Virus record (IMG/VR): IMGVR_UViG_3300034062_004313
Location: 91,875-155,874 of that record
Length of the DNA stretch: 64,000 nucleotides
Direction: 5' to 3' (one strand)
From: a virus
Position numbers and translations under genes: made by a program. Below, piece by piece: positions 45,701 to 58,300 of this stretch (its first letter is position 1; every line of letters starts with the position of its first letter). The notes under the pieces are model-generated. The model was given only the letters and a program-made list of their open reading frames with translations, was not told the DNA's origin and made no database searches.

Positions 45701-48700
45701 CCTAAGATGGAACGTCTTTCTGAAGCAATGAATGCTGGTACTATTTCTGATGAAGAAGCTGCTGAACATTCTAGCCTTTTAAGTTTTATGATGCATTTCT
45801 TGCAAATAATGGGAATGTCAAAAGTAGAACTTCTCACATTAAAGGTGGATTTCTCAAAAGCTAATGAAGGAGAATGGGATGAGCAAGGAGGAAAGAAAAC
45901 ATTTAATCCATCTTCTTTAATTGAAAATACAGACATTTCTATATCAAATCTAATAAATCAATTAGCTTCTGAATTTCAAACAAATGCAAAAATTGATGAT
46001 GATAAAACTATATCTATATATGAAGCCTTACAAAAACTTAAATCTGATGGTAACTTACAATCTGTAAATTTAACCACTGCTGCTAAATCTTTATCTTCAT
46101 ATAAATTCTTTAAGAATGAATTGGGTGATTATTTCTTTAATCCTTTTTATAAACTGGAAAATTTTGAATATTTCTATACTAAAGAAAGCTTTTCATTAAG
46201 TCAAAAAGCAAAACTTCAAGATTTTTATTCTTCATTCGGAGTTTCATTAGAAAATGCTTTATTGAACAATCCTGCTTATAGATATAAAATTTTACAAAAT
46301 TATAAATCTTTAATAGGTATAAGAAATGAATTAGCAAATACTTCTTTAAATGTATTTAAGTCTAATTTATATTGGAAAGAAAAAGAATTAACTAATCCAA
46401 GTGATAATAAAGAAGCTTTACAAACAATAATCAATAAGATGTTTTCTAAAAATCCTATTGATAGACTAATGTATTTAGGACAAGAGTATAAAGAAAAGAA
46501 AGGAGATAGGTCAAAAATATTTGCTAAGAATTTACCAACTCTTATTGAGTTAGCATCTCTGAAAAGAGAAATGAAAGATAATTATAGTTCTGGTTCTGTT
46601 TTAACAAAATCAGGTTCTCAATTTAGTTATTATCAACCAAATCAACAATTAATAATTGCAGATTTTATAAATAGTGATGAAATACAATCCTTTAAAGATT
46701 TTGATAAATATGAAGCATTGTATCATTTGAATCCAATTAGAAATAGGCAACTATTGTATGAACCTTGGATAAGAATGATTTTTGACGATAAGGGTAATAA
46801 AATACCCAGTATGAAGCTCAAAATATCTGTTCTTACTCAACAAACAATAAATAGTGAGATAGGAGAAAAGATAGAAAAAACTACAGGTGAGTTAAGTATA
46901 GGTAGTAAGATTTTATTTGACTTTATGGTTGTTTCTGATACAGGATATTCAGAAATTAAAAGAATGGAAACATCCGATAGTTCTTGGAGACAATCTGTAT
47001 TTAATGAAAATACAGGAAAAGATGTACCTATTTTAAAAAATATAGAAAGTTTTAAAGATGGTCAATTCTTAACAATTATACATCACTATATTACTAGTGC
47101 AGCATTCATGTATAGATTTCATAAATCAAAAGAAGGTACAGGATATTTAGAAAAACCTATAAATAATCTTGGTGTATTTGAAGAAATGCTCGGAAAAGAT
47201 ATTACAGATGAAATAAAATCATTTGTAAATTCAAAACCTTTAGATTATGATTTGAATAATATGCTTGGTGAATTATTAATGTTAAATGAAGAATTTATTG
47301 AAGAAATAGAAAAGAAAGTAGTATCATATTTTGAAGACATAACATTTGGTAACCAATTTGGAATTGATAGCTTAGGTGAAGATAGTTTTTCAAAATTCTT
47401 TAAAGATAATATATCAGAAGAAGATTTTTCTAAAGTGAGTAAATTAATAAAATATAGTCAAGTATATAATGGTAAATTTCCATTTAAAACTTTAAAAACT
47501 CCGGGAAATATATCTGAATTATTTTCTGATAAGAAGTTTAAAGAAAAGATTACACAATTTGTAGCAACAGATTTTCTAAATTCTATGGCTGATTCTGCTA
47601 TGTTTTTTGGAGATTATACTTATTGGAAAGATGCTATAAAGAGAAGAAAAGTGATAGGTAATAATGGTTCTATTCATACTGTAACAGGAGAATTGTTAAA
47701 TGCTGTAAATGCTCAATTAAACTTTAAAAGTATAAAGAAAACATATAGAGATTTCTATAAAATGGAACCATCTACTAAACCAAATTCAGTAGTTAGAAAA
47801 ACAGTTTTAATAGATGAAGTAGTTTCTTTAGATTATGAAAATAAAGTTATAAAACCACTTGAAGAATTATATAAGCAGTTAGGAATAAAAAGTGACCCAA
47901 GAGTTGATAAAGTAGCAACTATAAAAGCATGGGGTAAAGCTGAATTAGGGGATGCAGCAGCATATATTTCTCTTGATTTATATAGATTTATGAGACAAAG
48001 AGAAAGACTTTGGAGTGAACAAGATGAAGCTGAATATAACAGACAAAATTTAATTCTTGACTGGCATCTTTTTAAAAATCCTACTGCTCAATACGATGAA
48101 GATGGAAACTTTATAGAAGAAGATTTTACAGAAGATGAATTCCGTGAAATATTTGGAAAACCATATTCTTCATTTAATGTTGCAAAATTTGCAATGACTG
48201 GTCCTATCTTATCACAAGATATAGATAGTCATCTTATGCCTGTTTTTGATAAAATGGGATTAAAGGTTTTAATTCCAGAAACAGATTATGAACAAAGAAA
48301 GACTTTATTTGATTATATGTATACAAATGATGCAGATTATTTAGTATATGAAAGTGGTTCAAAAGGATTTATTGCTGCAAAATCAGAAGCATGGGGAGAA
48401 AATGGATTAGATATTAATGCTAAATATGTAGACCACGCAGGTTCATTCTTTAAGAATCAACAAAACACAACTTCTATAAAGAAAGAATCAGTATTAGCAA
48501 ACCAATTAAGGGGAATATTTTATTCTCCTATGCTTCTTCATGCAAATTTAAGACCTGTTTTAGAACAACAATATAAAAGATTTATAAATTCTCTTACAGA
48601 AATAATAGATATAAAATCTGGTAAGACTTTAGCATCAATAGGATTAAATAGAGATGGAAATTTTATAGAAATAAATGGTAAAGTTGCAGGTAAAAAAATA

Positions 48701-51700
48701 TTTGTAGAAAAAATAAGAGAAAAGGTCATTGATTTATATCCTAGTCAAGTAGAAATATTAGATACATTAGATGTAGATAAAGATGGTAATTTTATAAACT
48801 TCTTAGAATCCTTACATAATTATAAAGATATATACAATATTATATCTGGTTTAATGGATGATTCATTTAGAAAAATAAAACTAAATGGTTCTAAATTCTA
48901 TCAAACTATAGAATTGGGAACAAGTTTACAATTTAATAATTCAAAGCGTAATACAGATAAATCCTTAAAATTAAATTGGCATAAATTAGATTATACACCA
49001 AGCGGTAAAAAAATAGTAGGTACTTTAGAATGTGAATGTAAAATATCTTTCAGTAAAGCTTTCGAACCATTATTAAATCTTCCAGATAGAGATGGTATTC
49101 CAATAAAAGTAGCAAGACGTACATTTAAAGAGCAGTTGGATTTATTAAATGCTCTTAGAAGTGATGAAATATGGTATGAACAATATAAAGAATCTTTTGT
49201 AATGGTTGGTGTACGTATCCCTCTTCAAGATTTAAATTTTGTTTCACACTTAACTGTAAGAGAATTCTTATCACCCGTAGAAGGAGATGTGATAATATTA
49301 CCTACTGAATTTTATAAACAAGTGGGTGCTGATAATGATATTGATACTGTAACAGCAACTTATAAGTTTTTAGATGAAGCTACTGGATTACCTATAGCTA
49401 AGGTGAATGAATCTTACAAAGACATACAAGATAAACTTTTAAAAATTGAAGATGACATATCATCTATAGCTCCAACAAAAACAGTAGAAGTGACATCTAA
49501 AATAGATATGGAATATCTACTTAGAAACTATCTTGAGATTTATGAAAATAACGGTAAGACAGAAGAAGATTTTATAAAAGATTTAACACTGCATGAAGCA
49601 GGTGGTGTAAATGGGCAATATGATAAAAAATCATTCTTTTATAAAATAAAACGAATGAATCTTGGCAGTATTGGAAAACAAACTTATGAGCAACATGTAT
49701 ACGAAGACTTTTTAGAAGATGTTGATAATTTAGTTCAACAAACAGAATTTACAGAAACTTATGAAGAAGATGTAGATGAATCAAGTGAATATAAAAGACT
49801 TAAAAAAGAAAGGAGAGATTTAAAAAAGAAGCAGAGAAATTACATAAAAGGATTAACAAATGAAGTTGTTGACTCTATCATTACTGTACTTAGAACACCA
49901 GAAGCATTCTTATATTTTACTGAAACTGATGACATGAGTAAAGTGGAAAATATGTCTAAAAAAATTATAGAGTTAAAAACAGAAAAAAACATAAAAGATA
50001 TAGATGCTACATTTAATGCACCAATGTCTGCTTTAAAAAGCATAGGAGCAAAAAATAATTATGTTAATCACAATAATAATTTTGGTGTAAGAACTCAATT
50101 AGGTTCATGGGTTAAATTTGCAAGACTTTTAGTAACTTTAAAAACAATAAATGCTGGAGTAAATAAAAAATACAAATCCGCATCTGATGCAAAAACCTTA
50201 CTTGGTGATAAGTTTTTATATGATAGAACTATTAGAAATCCATTATCAAAAGAAAATGATAAATCATTCTACTCTTTTGAAATGTATGATGAAAAAGGAG
50301 AAAGAATAAATAAGAATGTATCTATTATAGTATCAACATTATTAGATTTATTTAAAAATCCAGATACATATCCATCTTTGAATGTAACTTGGAATAATAT
50401 AAAACAAGCAATATTCCTTTCTTCTTTAAGAATTCCTATGGAAGATATAATGTTATATCTGAATAATCCTATTACAGAAGAGTTAGAAATTACAAAGAAT
50501 AAGCTTGGAGAATCATTCCAAATGAGACATTCTATTGTAGAAACAGGTAAAAATCTTTTTGATAGTGAAATTTTCGATAAAAATGAAAGTTCTTTCTTTA
50601 CCTACGCTGACAATGTAAAAGGAGCAGGTATGAATAGGTTCACTACTGGACAATTTCAAAGAGCTGAAGAAAAACTAACACAATTAGAAATAACAGAAGG
50701 TTCACTCAAGTTTACAATTGATGAAATTAATGAATTTACAAGAATATATAATAGATATAAAAGAGAAGAATCTAAAAAGGGTAATCCTATTGATTTAAAA
50801 TCCTTCTTAAAAAATAATCCTTCATATAAAAAATTAGCTAAAAACATATTTTTATATCACATTACTCTTATAGAAGATGGTAATAACTTTTATAAAAGTG
50901 TTGTAAAATATTTAGATAGAGATTCTGTAAAATATAATAATGAAGGTAAAATATATGATATTAAAGCAAGAGAAAAAATAATAACAAAACAAGGAATGCT
51001 AAATGATAGTTTCTTAGAAGATATTAGAAACGACTCAGTTTTTTCTTTCTTATATCATGATGAAACTGTATTAAATGGATTAAGTGTTTTAAAACAAGAA
51101 ATTCTTCAAAATCCAACTATAAAGCAAAAGTATAATGAACTTTTAGCAAAATTAATATCAGAAGTTAATTTGGACTCTGAAGGAATGAAAAAGTTTTCTC
51201 AAGTATATTATACTGATTTTCTTGAAATGATTTATAAGAATTTCTTTGTACTTGAACTAAATCAAAAAGATATTAATGGAGTTGAAAAGTTAAATAAAAA
51301 CTTCTTATTTGATTTCTTTAAATCAGATATATTTGTAGATTTTCCAAAATTAAAAAAGGAGTTTTCTTTAAGTAATGCAGAAGAAATAATGAAACAGATG
51401 GAAATGGAAGAAGAAGATTCTTTATTTTCCTTTGAAAAGCTTCCCAATCAACTTCCTCAATTTTTATCTAAATATCCAGAGTTTAGAGAATTGGAAATAT
51501 TTAAAATCCTTGGTCCAAGAACATTGAGTTCTCACTTGAATCAAGAAAGAATGAATCAGTTTAGAGATAATAATAATGAAGAACTTGATGAAACTGGAGA
51601 ACCCTTAGAAAGAAGTGATGAAGAATATGAAGAAAGGAAATATGTAAAAAAATTACCAGACCCTAATTTATCTGAATTGATAAATACAATGAAAAAATCT

Positions 51701-52351
51701 TACATATTTGCAAACTTCTCAAAAGATGCTCAAAAGAGAGAAGTGGAAGAACTTGTTGTTAGAAATCAATTTGAAGATTTATTAAACTTTGACATTTCTA
51801 AATTTGAATTTTTAAATATAGAGAGTAACAGAATTAATCATTATATGAATGGTGAAAATATAAAGGAAATTCAAGAATTTATGAATGTTATAGCATTTTA
51901 TTCTTTTATGATTGCTCCACATATTGATAAATCAAGGGGTAATTTTTCTTCAATTATTCCCATATCTATTACTAAAAGAATTATAGAAAATGCTATAAAC
52001 AATTTTAATAAATATAATAAAACATGGACTACATCTAATTATACTATATTTTTTGAGCAGTTTGAAGAAATGTTTAGAGAAATGAATTCTGAATTTAAAC
52101 TTCAAACAAAAGATAAAGGAGAATATTATTTTCATGGAGATGCAGGAAAACTTTATGGAATTCTAAATAAGTTTTCAGTGAATGACCCATTTTATCAAAC
52201 AAGGTTAGCTATGTTAAATCCTTCAAAAGAAGGAGTTAATACATTTTTAATTAAACTTAAAGATAGAAAACCTTATATAGAAAAAGAAAACCCTGAAATA
52301 ACTTTAAATATTAAAGCATCTGGATTACCAAGTTCGGATATAATTTGTTAA
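42740..52351 (+). CDS. Virion-packaged DNA-dependent RNA polymerase polyprotein
   Basis: GVRIPLQ and GADNDID (DxDxD, 49331-49345) as in phi14:2 gp66-type enzymes; N-terminal PD-(D/E)xK and HEGWH zincin motifs. Confidence 0.85.
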   Translation: MLMICLNEQHIKAAIGATKNIIKENTGISFPELAKKLYNRFYQPLIEKNDREKVENFSIEIVKYIAKEMHSRIDEFEQENQLIDAYSKVQDALNEEQKQVLKEQVVNKIKLNPQDMLNLQRDEAIRELVGLNRRKEIKRPIIKDTSVKIQNALLKIKNLFPQSVNLYTFYAKAIESTIKGIPDKETGTLIKLSGQQSVDRGEYFDIEPLFRASQIATGHQPKDYTEPYNLTESTEYGNIVDNTIRFFIKNKDKSYAQLKKQLQNDPDFRLSFSQYMTLQRSNSPEVRERKIFEDYLDSFLDDMIYVINQIEETYKDYYLTDLTELGSDSKNFRIYDISLNAIGALDLVAIKEDGSYRVIDIKTAYDKISLKKKEDYNTQISIYNLILSNIEGLTPENKSDIFYIQKDIYVTDRSDTDKFGKFVKSVLKSTEVVSLDSKTKEEVLEKIVKYKEEFYKSYNPKTDLKFIEEDNLDEKKAKSKKSNLSVTSRIRYKNNFRKFEEEKNKKPLLSKIVKNEKMSTTTSLKEGVKWLKNTFPEISEQGVHVVKTLLSDTGGQFFLDAIYLAEKSNEGVAYHEGWHRFTQLYLKKDEKVTLYNKTKERAIDFISREGVKLNTSTATFMEIEEFLADEFTKYANNPSEYKFDKLGEEPKSIFQKIWEFVLSLFNFKKNNGENSYQKLFNNLYFGTFYRGNFSMNNAMFSSLRSVLKDNTGNTLIDNTTFIRFRNYLDNAIQNHAMDNSYLINDRLIKSVTSFKDIISLIQESLVNLKDSYLQMEEDGVITPFQKTQLENLQKILEPKNINKFVASYLKFTGFKSIKNFYEKNINLVNKEKEESENSNIEKEESEGTDIPNSRLEEGPEIEFDRSGETDAFALARAELKDWFNSVSKLNVDKQGVYIIPEIDGVKKAYDEFYEVDDFGFVKTLEGKKAFYKTLEILSGSPSISILKQKLTNPDNYYLFPELQIIKDRLLGAKYDVDGTIYEVEGLIPKMERLSEAMNAGTISDEEAAEHSSLLSFMMHFLQIMGMSKVELLTLKVDFSKANEGEWDEQGGKKTFNPSSLIENTDISISNLINQLASEFQTNAKIDDDKTISIYEALQKLKSDGNLQSVNLTTAAKSLSSYKFFKNELGDYFFNPFYKLENFEYFYTKESFSLSQKAKLQDFYSSFGVSLENALLNNPAYRYKILQNYKSLIGIRNELANTSLNVFKSNLYWKEKELTNPSDNKEALQTIINKMFSKNPIDRLMYLGQEYKEKKGDRSKIFAKNLPTLIELASLKREMKDNYSSGSVLTKSGSQFSYYQPNQQLIIADFINSDEIQSFKDFDKYEALYHLNPIRNRQLLYEPWIRMIFDDKGNKIPSMKLKISVLTQQTINSEIGEKIEKTTGELSIGSKILFDFMVVSDTGYSEIKRMETSDSSWRQSVFNENTGKDVPILKNIESFKDGQFLTIIHHYITSAAFMYRFHKSKEGTGYLEKPINNLGVFEEMLGKDITDEIKSFVNSKPLDYDLNNMLGELLMLNEEFIEEIEKKVVSYFEDITFGNQFGIDSLGEDSFSKFFKDNISEEDFSKVSKLIKYSQVYNGKFPFKTLKTPGNISELFSDKKFKEKITQFVATDFLNSMADSAMFFGDYTYWKDAIKRRKVIGNNGSIHTVTGELLNAVNAQLNFKSIKKTYRDFYKMEPSTKPNSVVRKTVLIDEVVSLDYENKVIKPLEELYKQLGIKSDPRVDKVATIKAWGKAELGDAAAYISLDLYRFMRQRERLWSEQDEAEYNRQNLILDWHLFKNPTAQYDEDGNFIEEDFTEDEFREIFGKPYSSFNVAKFAMTGPILSQDIDSHLMPVFDKMGLKVLIPETDYEQRKTLFDYMYTNDADYLVYESGSKGFIAAKSEAWGENGLDINAKYVDHAGSFFKNQQNTTSIKKESVLANQLRGIFYSPMLLHANLRPVLEQQYKRFINSLTEIIDIKSGKTLASIGLNRDGNFIEINGKVAGKKIFVEKIREKVIDLYPSQVEILDTLDVDKDGNFINFLESLHNYKDIYNIISGLMDDSFRKIKLNGSKFYQTIELGTSLQFNNSKRNTDKSLKLNWHKLDYTPSGKKIVGTLECECKISFSKAFEPLLNLPDRDGIPIKVARRTFKEQLDLLNALRSDEIWYEQYKESFVMVGVRIPLQDLNFVSHLTVREFLSPVEGDVIILPTEFYKQVGADNDIDTVTATYKFLDEATGLPIAKVNESYKDIQDKLLKIEDDISSIAPTKTVEVTSKIDMEYLLRNYLEIYENNGKTEEDFIKDLTLHEAGGVNGQYDKKSFFYKIKRMNLGSIGKQTYEQHVYEDFLEDVDNLVQQTEFTETYEEDVDESSEYKRLKKERRDLKKKQRNYIKGLTNEVVDSIITVLRTPEAFLYFTETDDMSKVENMSKKIIELKTEKNIKDIDATFNAPMSALKSIGAKNNYVNHNNNFGVRTQLGSWVKFARLLVTLKTINAGVNKKYKSASDAKTLLGDKFLYDRTIRNPLSKENDKSFYSFEMYDEKGERINKNVSIIVSTLLDLFKNPDTYPSLNVTWNNIKQAIFLSSLRIPMEDIMLYLNNPITEELEITKNKLGESFQMRHSIVETGKNLFDSEIFDKNESSFFTYADNVKGAGMNRFTTGQFQRAEEKLTQLEITEGSLKFTIDEINEFTRIYNRYKREESKKGNPIDLKSFLKNNPSYKKLAKNIFLYHITLIEDGNNFYKSVVKYLDRDSVKYNNEGKIYDIKAREKIITKQGMLNDSFLEDIRNDSVFSFLYHDETVLNGLSVLKQEILQNPTIKQKYNELLAKLISEVNLDSEGMKKFSQVYYTDFLEMIYKNFFVLELNQKDINGVEKLNKNFLFDFFKSDIFVDFPKLKKEFSLSNAEEIMKQMEMEEEDSLFSFEKLPNQLPQFLSKYPEFRELEIFKILGPRTLSSHLNQERMNQFRDNNNEELDETGEPLERSDEEYEERKYVKKLPDPNLSELINTMKKSYIFANFSKDAQKREVEELVVRNQFEDLLNFDISKFEFLNIESNRINHYMNGENIKEIQEFMNVIAFYSFMIAPHIDKSRGNFSSIIPISITKRIIENAINNFNKYNKTWTTSNYTIFFEQFEEMFREMNSEFKLQTKDKGEYYFHGDAGKLYGILNKFSVNDPFYQTRLAMLNPSKEGVNTFLIKLKDRKPYIEKENPEITLNIKASGLPSSDIIC

Positions 52352-52360
52352 TTTTACAAA

Positions 52361-55300
52361 ATGGAATGTAGTTTAAATAAATCTCTTATAAAAGATACAA
52401 TAACAGACACTATTAATATTAGTGTAGTAAATTCAGGATTTTTTTCTGATGATTATGTAATGCTTGATAATAAAGGAGAAAAATTAGTATCTAAAATAAA
52501 TAAAGCTTACAAAACAGATGTATTAAAATTAGAAGATGGAAAACTTTCTATGGTAATACCCGATAAATTAATTTCTCAATACGCTTTTAGTAATCCAGAT
52601 GGGAAAGATATGGTATTTGAAGAAATTAAAAATTCATATTTATCATACTATTCTGATGGAAGTTTAAATTTAATAAGCGATGATAAATTTATAAATCATC
52701 CTTTATTAGAAGGTCCTTCTATAGAAGTTTTAATAAAGTTTGCAAAGAAGATAAATCCTAATTTTAAAGTGGCTGTAGTGGAAAATCTACCAGCAAAAGC
52801 ACTTTCTCTTATAAGAGATAACATAATTATAATTCAAGAAAGACATTTTTTTGATGAATTTCCACAAGAAATATCTCACTTCTTTGTAGAATTATTAGAT
52901 GAAAATTCAGAAATATATAAAGAACTTATTGAAAAAATAAGTGATTTTTCAATATATGGAGAAATCAGAGAAAAATATAAAAATAATCCAGCATATCAAA
53001 TAGATGGTAAACTCAATATAAAAAAGATAAAGAAAGAAGCTGCTGCAACTTTGATTGGAGAATATATAAAACAATCTCAAACAAATAATGTAAAAAATAA
53101 ATTTGGAAAAGACTCTGAAAAAATTACAACATGGTTTGATAAATTAATGAAATTTCTAAGAAGAGTTTTCACTTCTATTATTAGACCTATTTATCAAGAA
53201 CCTATTAGTAACATATTTGAAAAGTCTGCTCAACAGATATTAGAAGGAGATATAAGTAATTTAGATTTAGCAAAACCAATATCTATATATGATAGTTATT
53301 TTTATTCTTTAGCTGAAGCAGCAATGCCTGAAACTACAGAAGCAAGTGCATTTGCAAAAGCACTGAGTAAGTTTTCAAATGGAATGAAAAGAAAACTTAC
53401 AAAAGCATTCTTAGTATTTGCAGAAGATAAAAAGTTAGAAGGATTACTAAAAGAGTTAGCTGACCCTATGTATCCTAGTTATAATAGACTATTTGATGCT
53501 ATTAATTTATTAAAAGATGTAGATAGAACATTTGGATTTTTTGAGAATGAAGAGAATATAAATGTAAATATTATAGCAGAAGCAACACAAAAACTTGCAG
53601 AAGCATTTGCTATATTAGAAGCTGTTCCTAAAGCACTAACATCTGTTCTTGAAAATTTAAGAACTTCAATTAAAAAAGGAGGTTTAAATGAAAACGAATT
53701 AGTTAGTAATCTCACAGAACTTCAACACTACATGAAATTTATTGATACCTTTAAAAAGGTGGAGAGTGAATTTATAAGTCTTTTGAATGCAGTGAAAGAA
53801 AATGAAGAGTTAAATGAAGACATATATAATGATATGGTTCGTATTATGGGAACAACATCTACTCAATTTAATAGAGTAAATCTTGAAATTATAAATATAA
53901 TAAGGACACATCTATATGAAACGACTAAACTCTGGACCTTAACTTTATTTGAAAATTATAGAAAGAGTGTAACAGATAGATTGGAATTAGCCACTTTAGA
54001 TTCATCAAAAATAAAACTTCTAACTATGTTAGAAGAAACGTTTAGCTCAAATGACCATATAGAAGCTGCTTTATCAGGAAATTTAGATAAATTATATGCT
54101 AAAAGTGAGTTAGTAAAACTTGGAAAAGTAAAAGATAGATTTTCAAAAATAAAAGATATATCTAATATAGATTATTTTATATTTTTATTAGCTGCCCCTT
54201 CTTTAATGTCTGACCCTTTCTTAACTACAGCAGTTTCTTACTTTGTAAATCAACACTATAAAGAAGGTATACAAGCTGCTCAAGAAAGTAGAGTTTTTGC
54301 TACAGATGCTTTAGAATTAATGGAAAAAGCTGGAACAGATTATTATGGAACACAAGCTCAAATAATAGAAACTCAAAATACATTTGTACAAAATAAAGAT
54401 GAAGCATTTGAAAAAGCTACATTAATAGATGAAACATTAAGATATAATCTAAATTTTGATTATCAAACTCTCTTAAAACAAAGAGAAGATATAGGTAAAA
54501 ATTTAGGGTTTAAAAGATTTGAAATTAAAAATTTGAATCTAAATATAAAAGAAGGGAAAATAGAACTCCAATCAAGATTAGATGAAACTTTAAAAGAAGT
54601 AGAAAAATTAGAAAAAGAATATAAAGAAATTCAAAAAAAGATTAAAGATTTTAATTTTACTTATTATATACAACCATTTACAGATGATTACTATAAAATA
54701 ATAAATAGTCTAAATAATGAAAAAGATGGAGAACTATTAAAAAAAGCAAAACAATTAAAGTATTCAATTCTTCAATTGCAGTCTCAATTCTTATCACATT
54801 TAATATCTCAAAACCTTGAAAAAAATGATTATAAAGAAATTGAACTTGTTAATAAAATGTCTCAATTAGTAGAAATAGAACAAAGTCTTCCTCCATTTGA
54901 TAAAGTAAAATATGAAGAATTTTCTAAACTATTTATTGAAGATGAAATTAATACAGGAAGAGCTATAGCTGCACATAAAAACTCTTGGATAAATAACTCT
55001 ATCAGAGAAGCAAAAAAGAGTGGAGATACAACATCTATAGAAGATTTAAAAGAAAAATTTGAATATGATTGGGAAGAACTATTTATGGTTTATGACCTAA
55101 CTCCTAAATTTTGGGAACAAAACTCAAAAAATTGGGAAAATCTTCAAGAGTATATAAATAATAAAATAAATGAACCAAAACTTTTAAATAAGCAACTTGC
55201 TGCAATAAATACATTAAGAAATAAACTCTTAAAAGGAGTTAGAGGACCAAATGGAGAAGTATTTATACAAGCTTTAGAAAAAGTAAGGTCTCCTATTTCA

Positions 55301-58300
55301 GATAATCCTCTTTATGAAGATTTATATGAATTAGAAATTAGACAAGATTTATTAAGGAAAAAAATAAATGCTGTTAGCTCTGTTCCAAGAAACTTAACTT
55401 CAACACCAAATGGAAGAAAGTTATATGATACATTTTTAATTGGATATGAAATTGGTTATATACTTGAAGAAATAGAATTAAATAAATTGTCAGATGGTTT
55501 AATTTCTGAAATGTTAGGAGAATATTTTAATATGTCAGATAGCTTATTAAACTATATAAAAACAGAGGGAGTAAAAGGGAAAGATTCTTATAAAAATATA
55601 GTTAAAAAATTGTTTGAATCTGTAAAAAAAGAATATTCTCAATATGAAGAAACTCTAATAAATACAATTAATGTACAAGGTGATAATTTAAAATCTTTCA
55701 CAGAGTTAATGTTTGCTATAGTAGGGGGAGCAAATATTAGAGGAGTAGCATCAGAAGAATCATTAAATGAAGTGAATAGTATATTTAATAATATAGCTGA
55801 ATTTTCTACAAAAACAGTATCTCAAAATTATTTATACTTTATACAAAATGGAGTGGTAGATATATTAAAAGATTTGTTAGACCCAAAAATAAAAGTAAAT
55901 GGGGTGGATGACTCTTTAAGAAATCAAATAAGAGGAATAATTAATGAAATAGAATCTAAAGGGGTTTTTGACATTCAATTTATTAGAGAAAATGTTTGGG
56001 TAGAACCTATTTTTAATGCTATATATAATTATTTAATATATAGAGAAGAGACGGGTAATCCATATGTTACATTTTCATCAGAGTTTTTTATGAACTCTCA
56101 TAAAAAGATTAAGTCTAAAACTGCAAGAGGAAGCTGGATAGAACATTACGAACCTTTATCATTTCATAAAAAAATAGAACCTTTAGATAAAGAAAACTCA
56201 TCTCTATATCAATATAGACCAGTTAAATTTTTAAGAAAAAGTAAAGTGTCAGATGAATATATAACTGAAAAAATAAAAGAAATTGACCCAAGGGTTATAT
56301 CAGGACAGAAAAAAGCAACCGTTGATATTAACAATAATTGGTTACCTCGTTCTGTTAAAAAAGTTACAGTAAAAGATGATAAAGACAATGATACAATTAT
56401 AGATAATGTCTATTGGAATAATAAATATGAAGATATAAAGAATAATAATAAACCCCTTTTTGATTTAATTAATTATATCAAATTGCAATATTTACAAAAA
56501 CAGATTGATTTTTTACCAGAAGGACAAAGACCTGATTTAATTCTTCCTTCAAGAATGTTTGACCAATTTGAAAGAAAAAAAACTCTTATTGAAAATACTA
56601 AAGAAATCAAAGGAAATATTCAGGCATTTTTCTCTTTGAGAAAAGCAGATGAAACAAGTTCTAACATTAAAATAAATTTTGATGAAGAGTTAGGTATTCT
56701 AACACAAAATAATTATGATATATATACAGGAGCTATTATAGCAGAGAGTCAGGTAAAATTAAAATCTATGAGAAATATTCCTATTCATAGAGTTTCAAAA
56801 GATATTATTGCATCTATAATGTTTTTTATAGATGATATACATGAATATAAAGCTAAACAAATTGCATACCCAGTTTTTAAATCTTTTTCAGATGTTTTTG
56901 CTCAAACAAATACATTAAATTCTAATATGAATAAAAAAAGGTCTGAAGTAATGAATCTATATATGAAAACTCGTATTTTAGATGAAGTACCGGAAGGTTT
57001 TGCAAATAATCCAGCTTTAGCAAGAGTATTATCTTTTTTAAGAAAACTATCTGTAAATAAGTTGTTATTAGACCCTTTAGGAGCAATGGTAAACTTAGCA
57101 AATGGAGAACTTCAAATATTTATAGAAAATACTATTAGTAAAAAAGCATGGGCTAATTTTGTAAAAGCAAGCGTAGAAGCTACTAAATGGCAATATGCAT
57201 ATGATAAAGATGCTTTATTATTTAGTCAACATAAATTATCCATAGAATCTCAACTAATTGATGTATTAGGAATGATACCACAAGGTATAGATTTATCAGA
57301 AAGAATGTCTAAATTAGGTGTAGTTTCTGATTTAAAAGCTATAGCTATGCAACCAAGAGAACAAACTGAAATATTTATGGGTATTCAACTTGGGTTATCA
57401 ATAGTTGAAAATTATGATATTCAATATAATGGTAAAAAATTAAAAATAAAAGAACTTTATGAATTAGATAAATATGGAAATATTAAATTAAAAGATGAAT
57501 ATTTATCATTAAAAGATGATTGGGATATTATAGATGGTAAGAATATACAACAAATTAGGAATACTTTAATTAACACATATTCATTATTACAAGGTAACTT
57601 TTATGATTTTAATCAAAGTTATATTTCTAATACAGCTATAGGTAAATCAGCAGAGCTTCTTAAAAGATGGTTTATGACAGGATATATAAGAAGATTTCAA
57701 GGTGAAGTTTTAGACCCTTTTTTAGGTTCGGAAAGAGAAGGTTACCATTGGACAATGTTAAAGTTTTTATATGATATGGGGACATCATTAAAAAATGATG
57801 GTGCTTCTGGAGCAAAGGAGCATTTCAATCTTGTAATGACTAAAAAACAGAAGAATAATCTTAGAAAATCTGTTGCTGAATTAACATATATATTTTTAAT
57901 ATCAATGTTTTTAATACATATATTAAAATATGACAGTGATGATGAAGATAAAAATAAGAAATTAAAAAAAATGAGTTATTGGGAAAAAGTAGCAATTCTC
58001 ATAGCTATAAGAGCAAAGAGTGAAGCAGGTACATTTATACCTCTTCCTTTCTTTGGACTTGGTTTACAAGAAACATTTAGGGCATTTTTAGACCCATTTG
58101 GAGTTATTAAAGGAACTGTTTTAAATATTTCAGGAAGTGCAAAAATAATATTAGATGAAATTATGTATGCTATGGGATTTGATATTCCAGAAAAAAATAT
58201 GAGATATCAAAGAGATATGACAAATCCAGTTTTTCCTTCACTATCTTTAAAAGATAAAAATGATAGAAAAATATGGGTGTTAATTTTAAATACACTTGGT

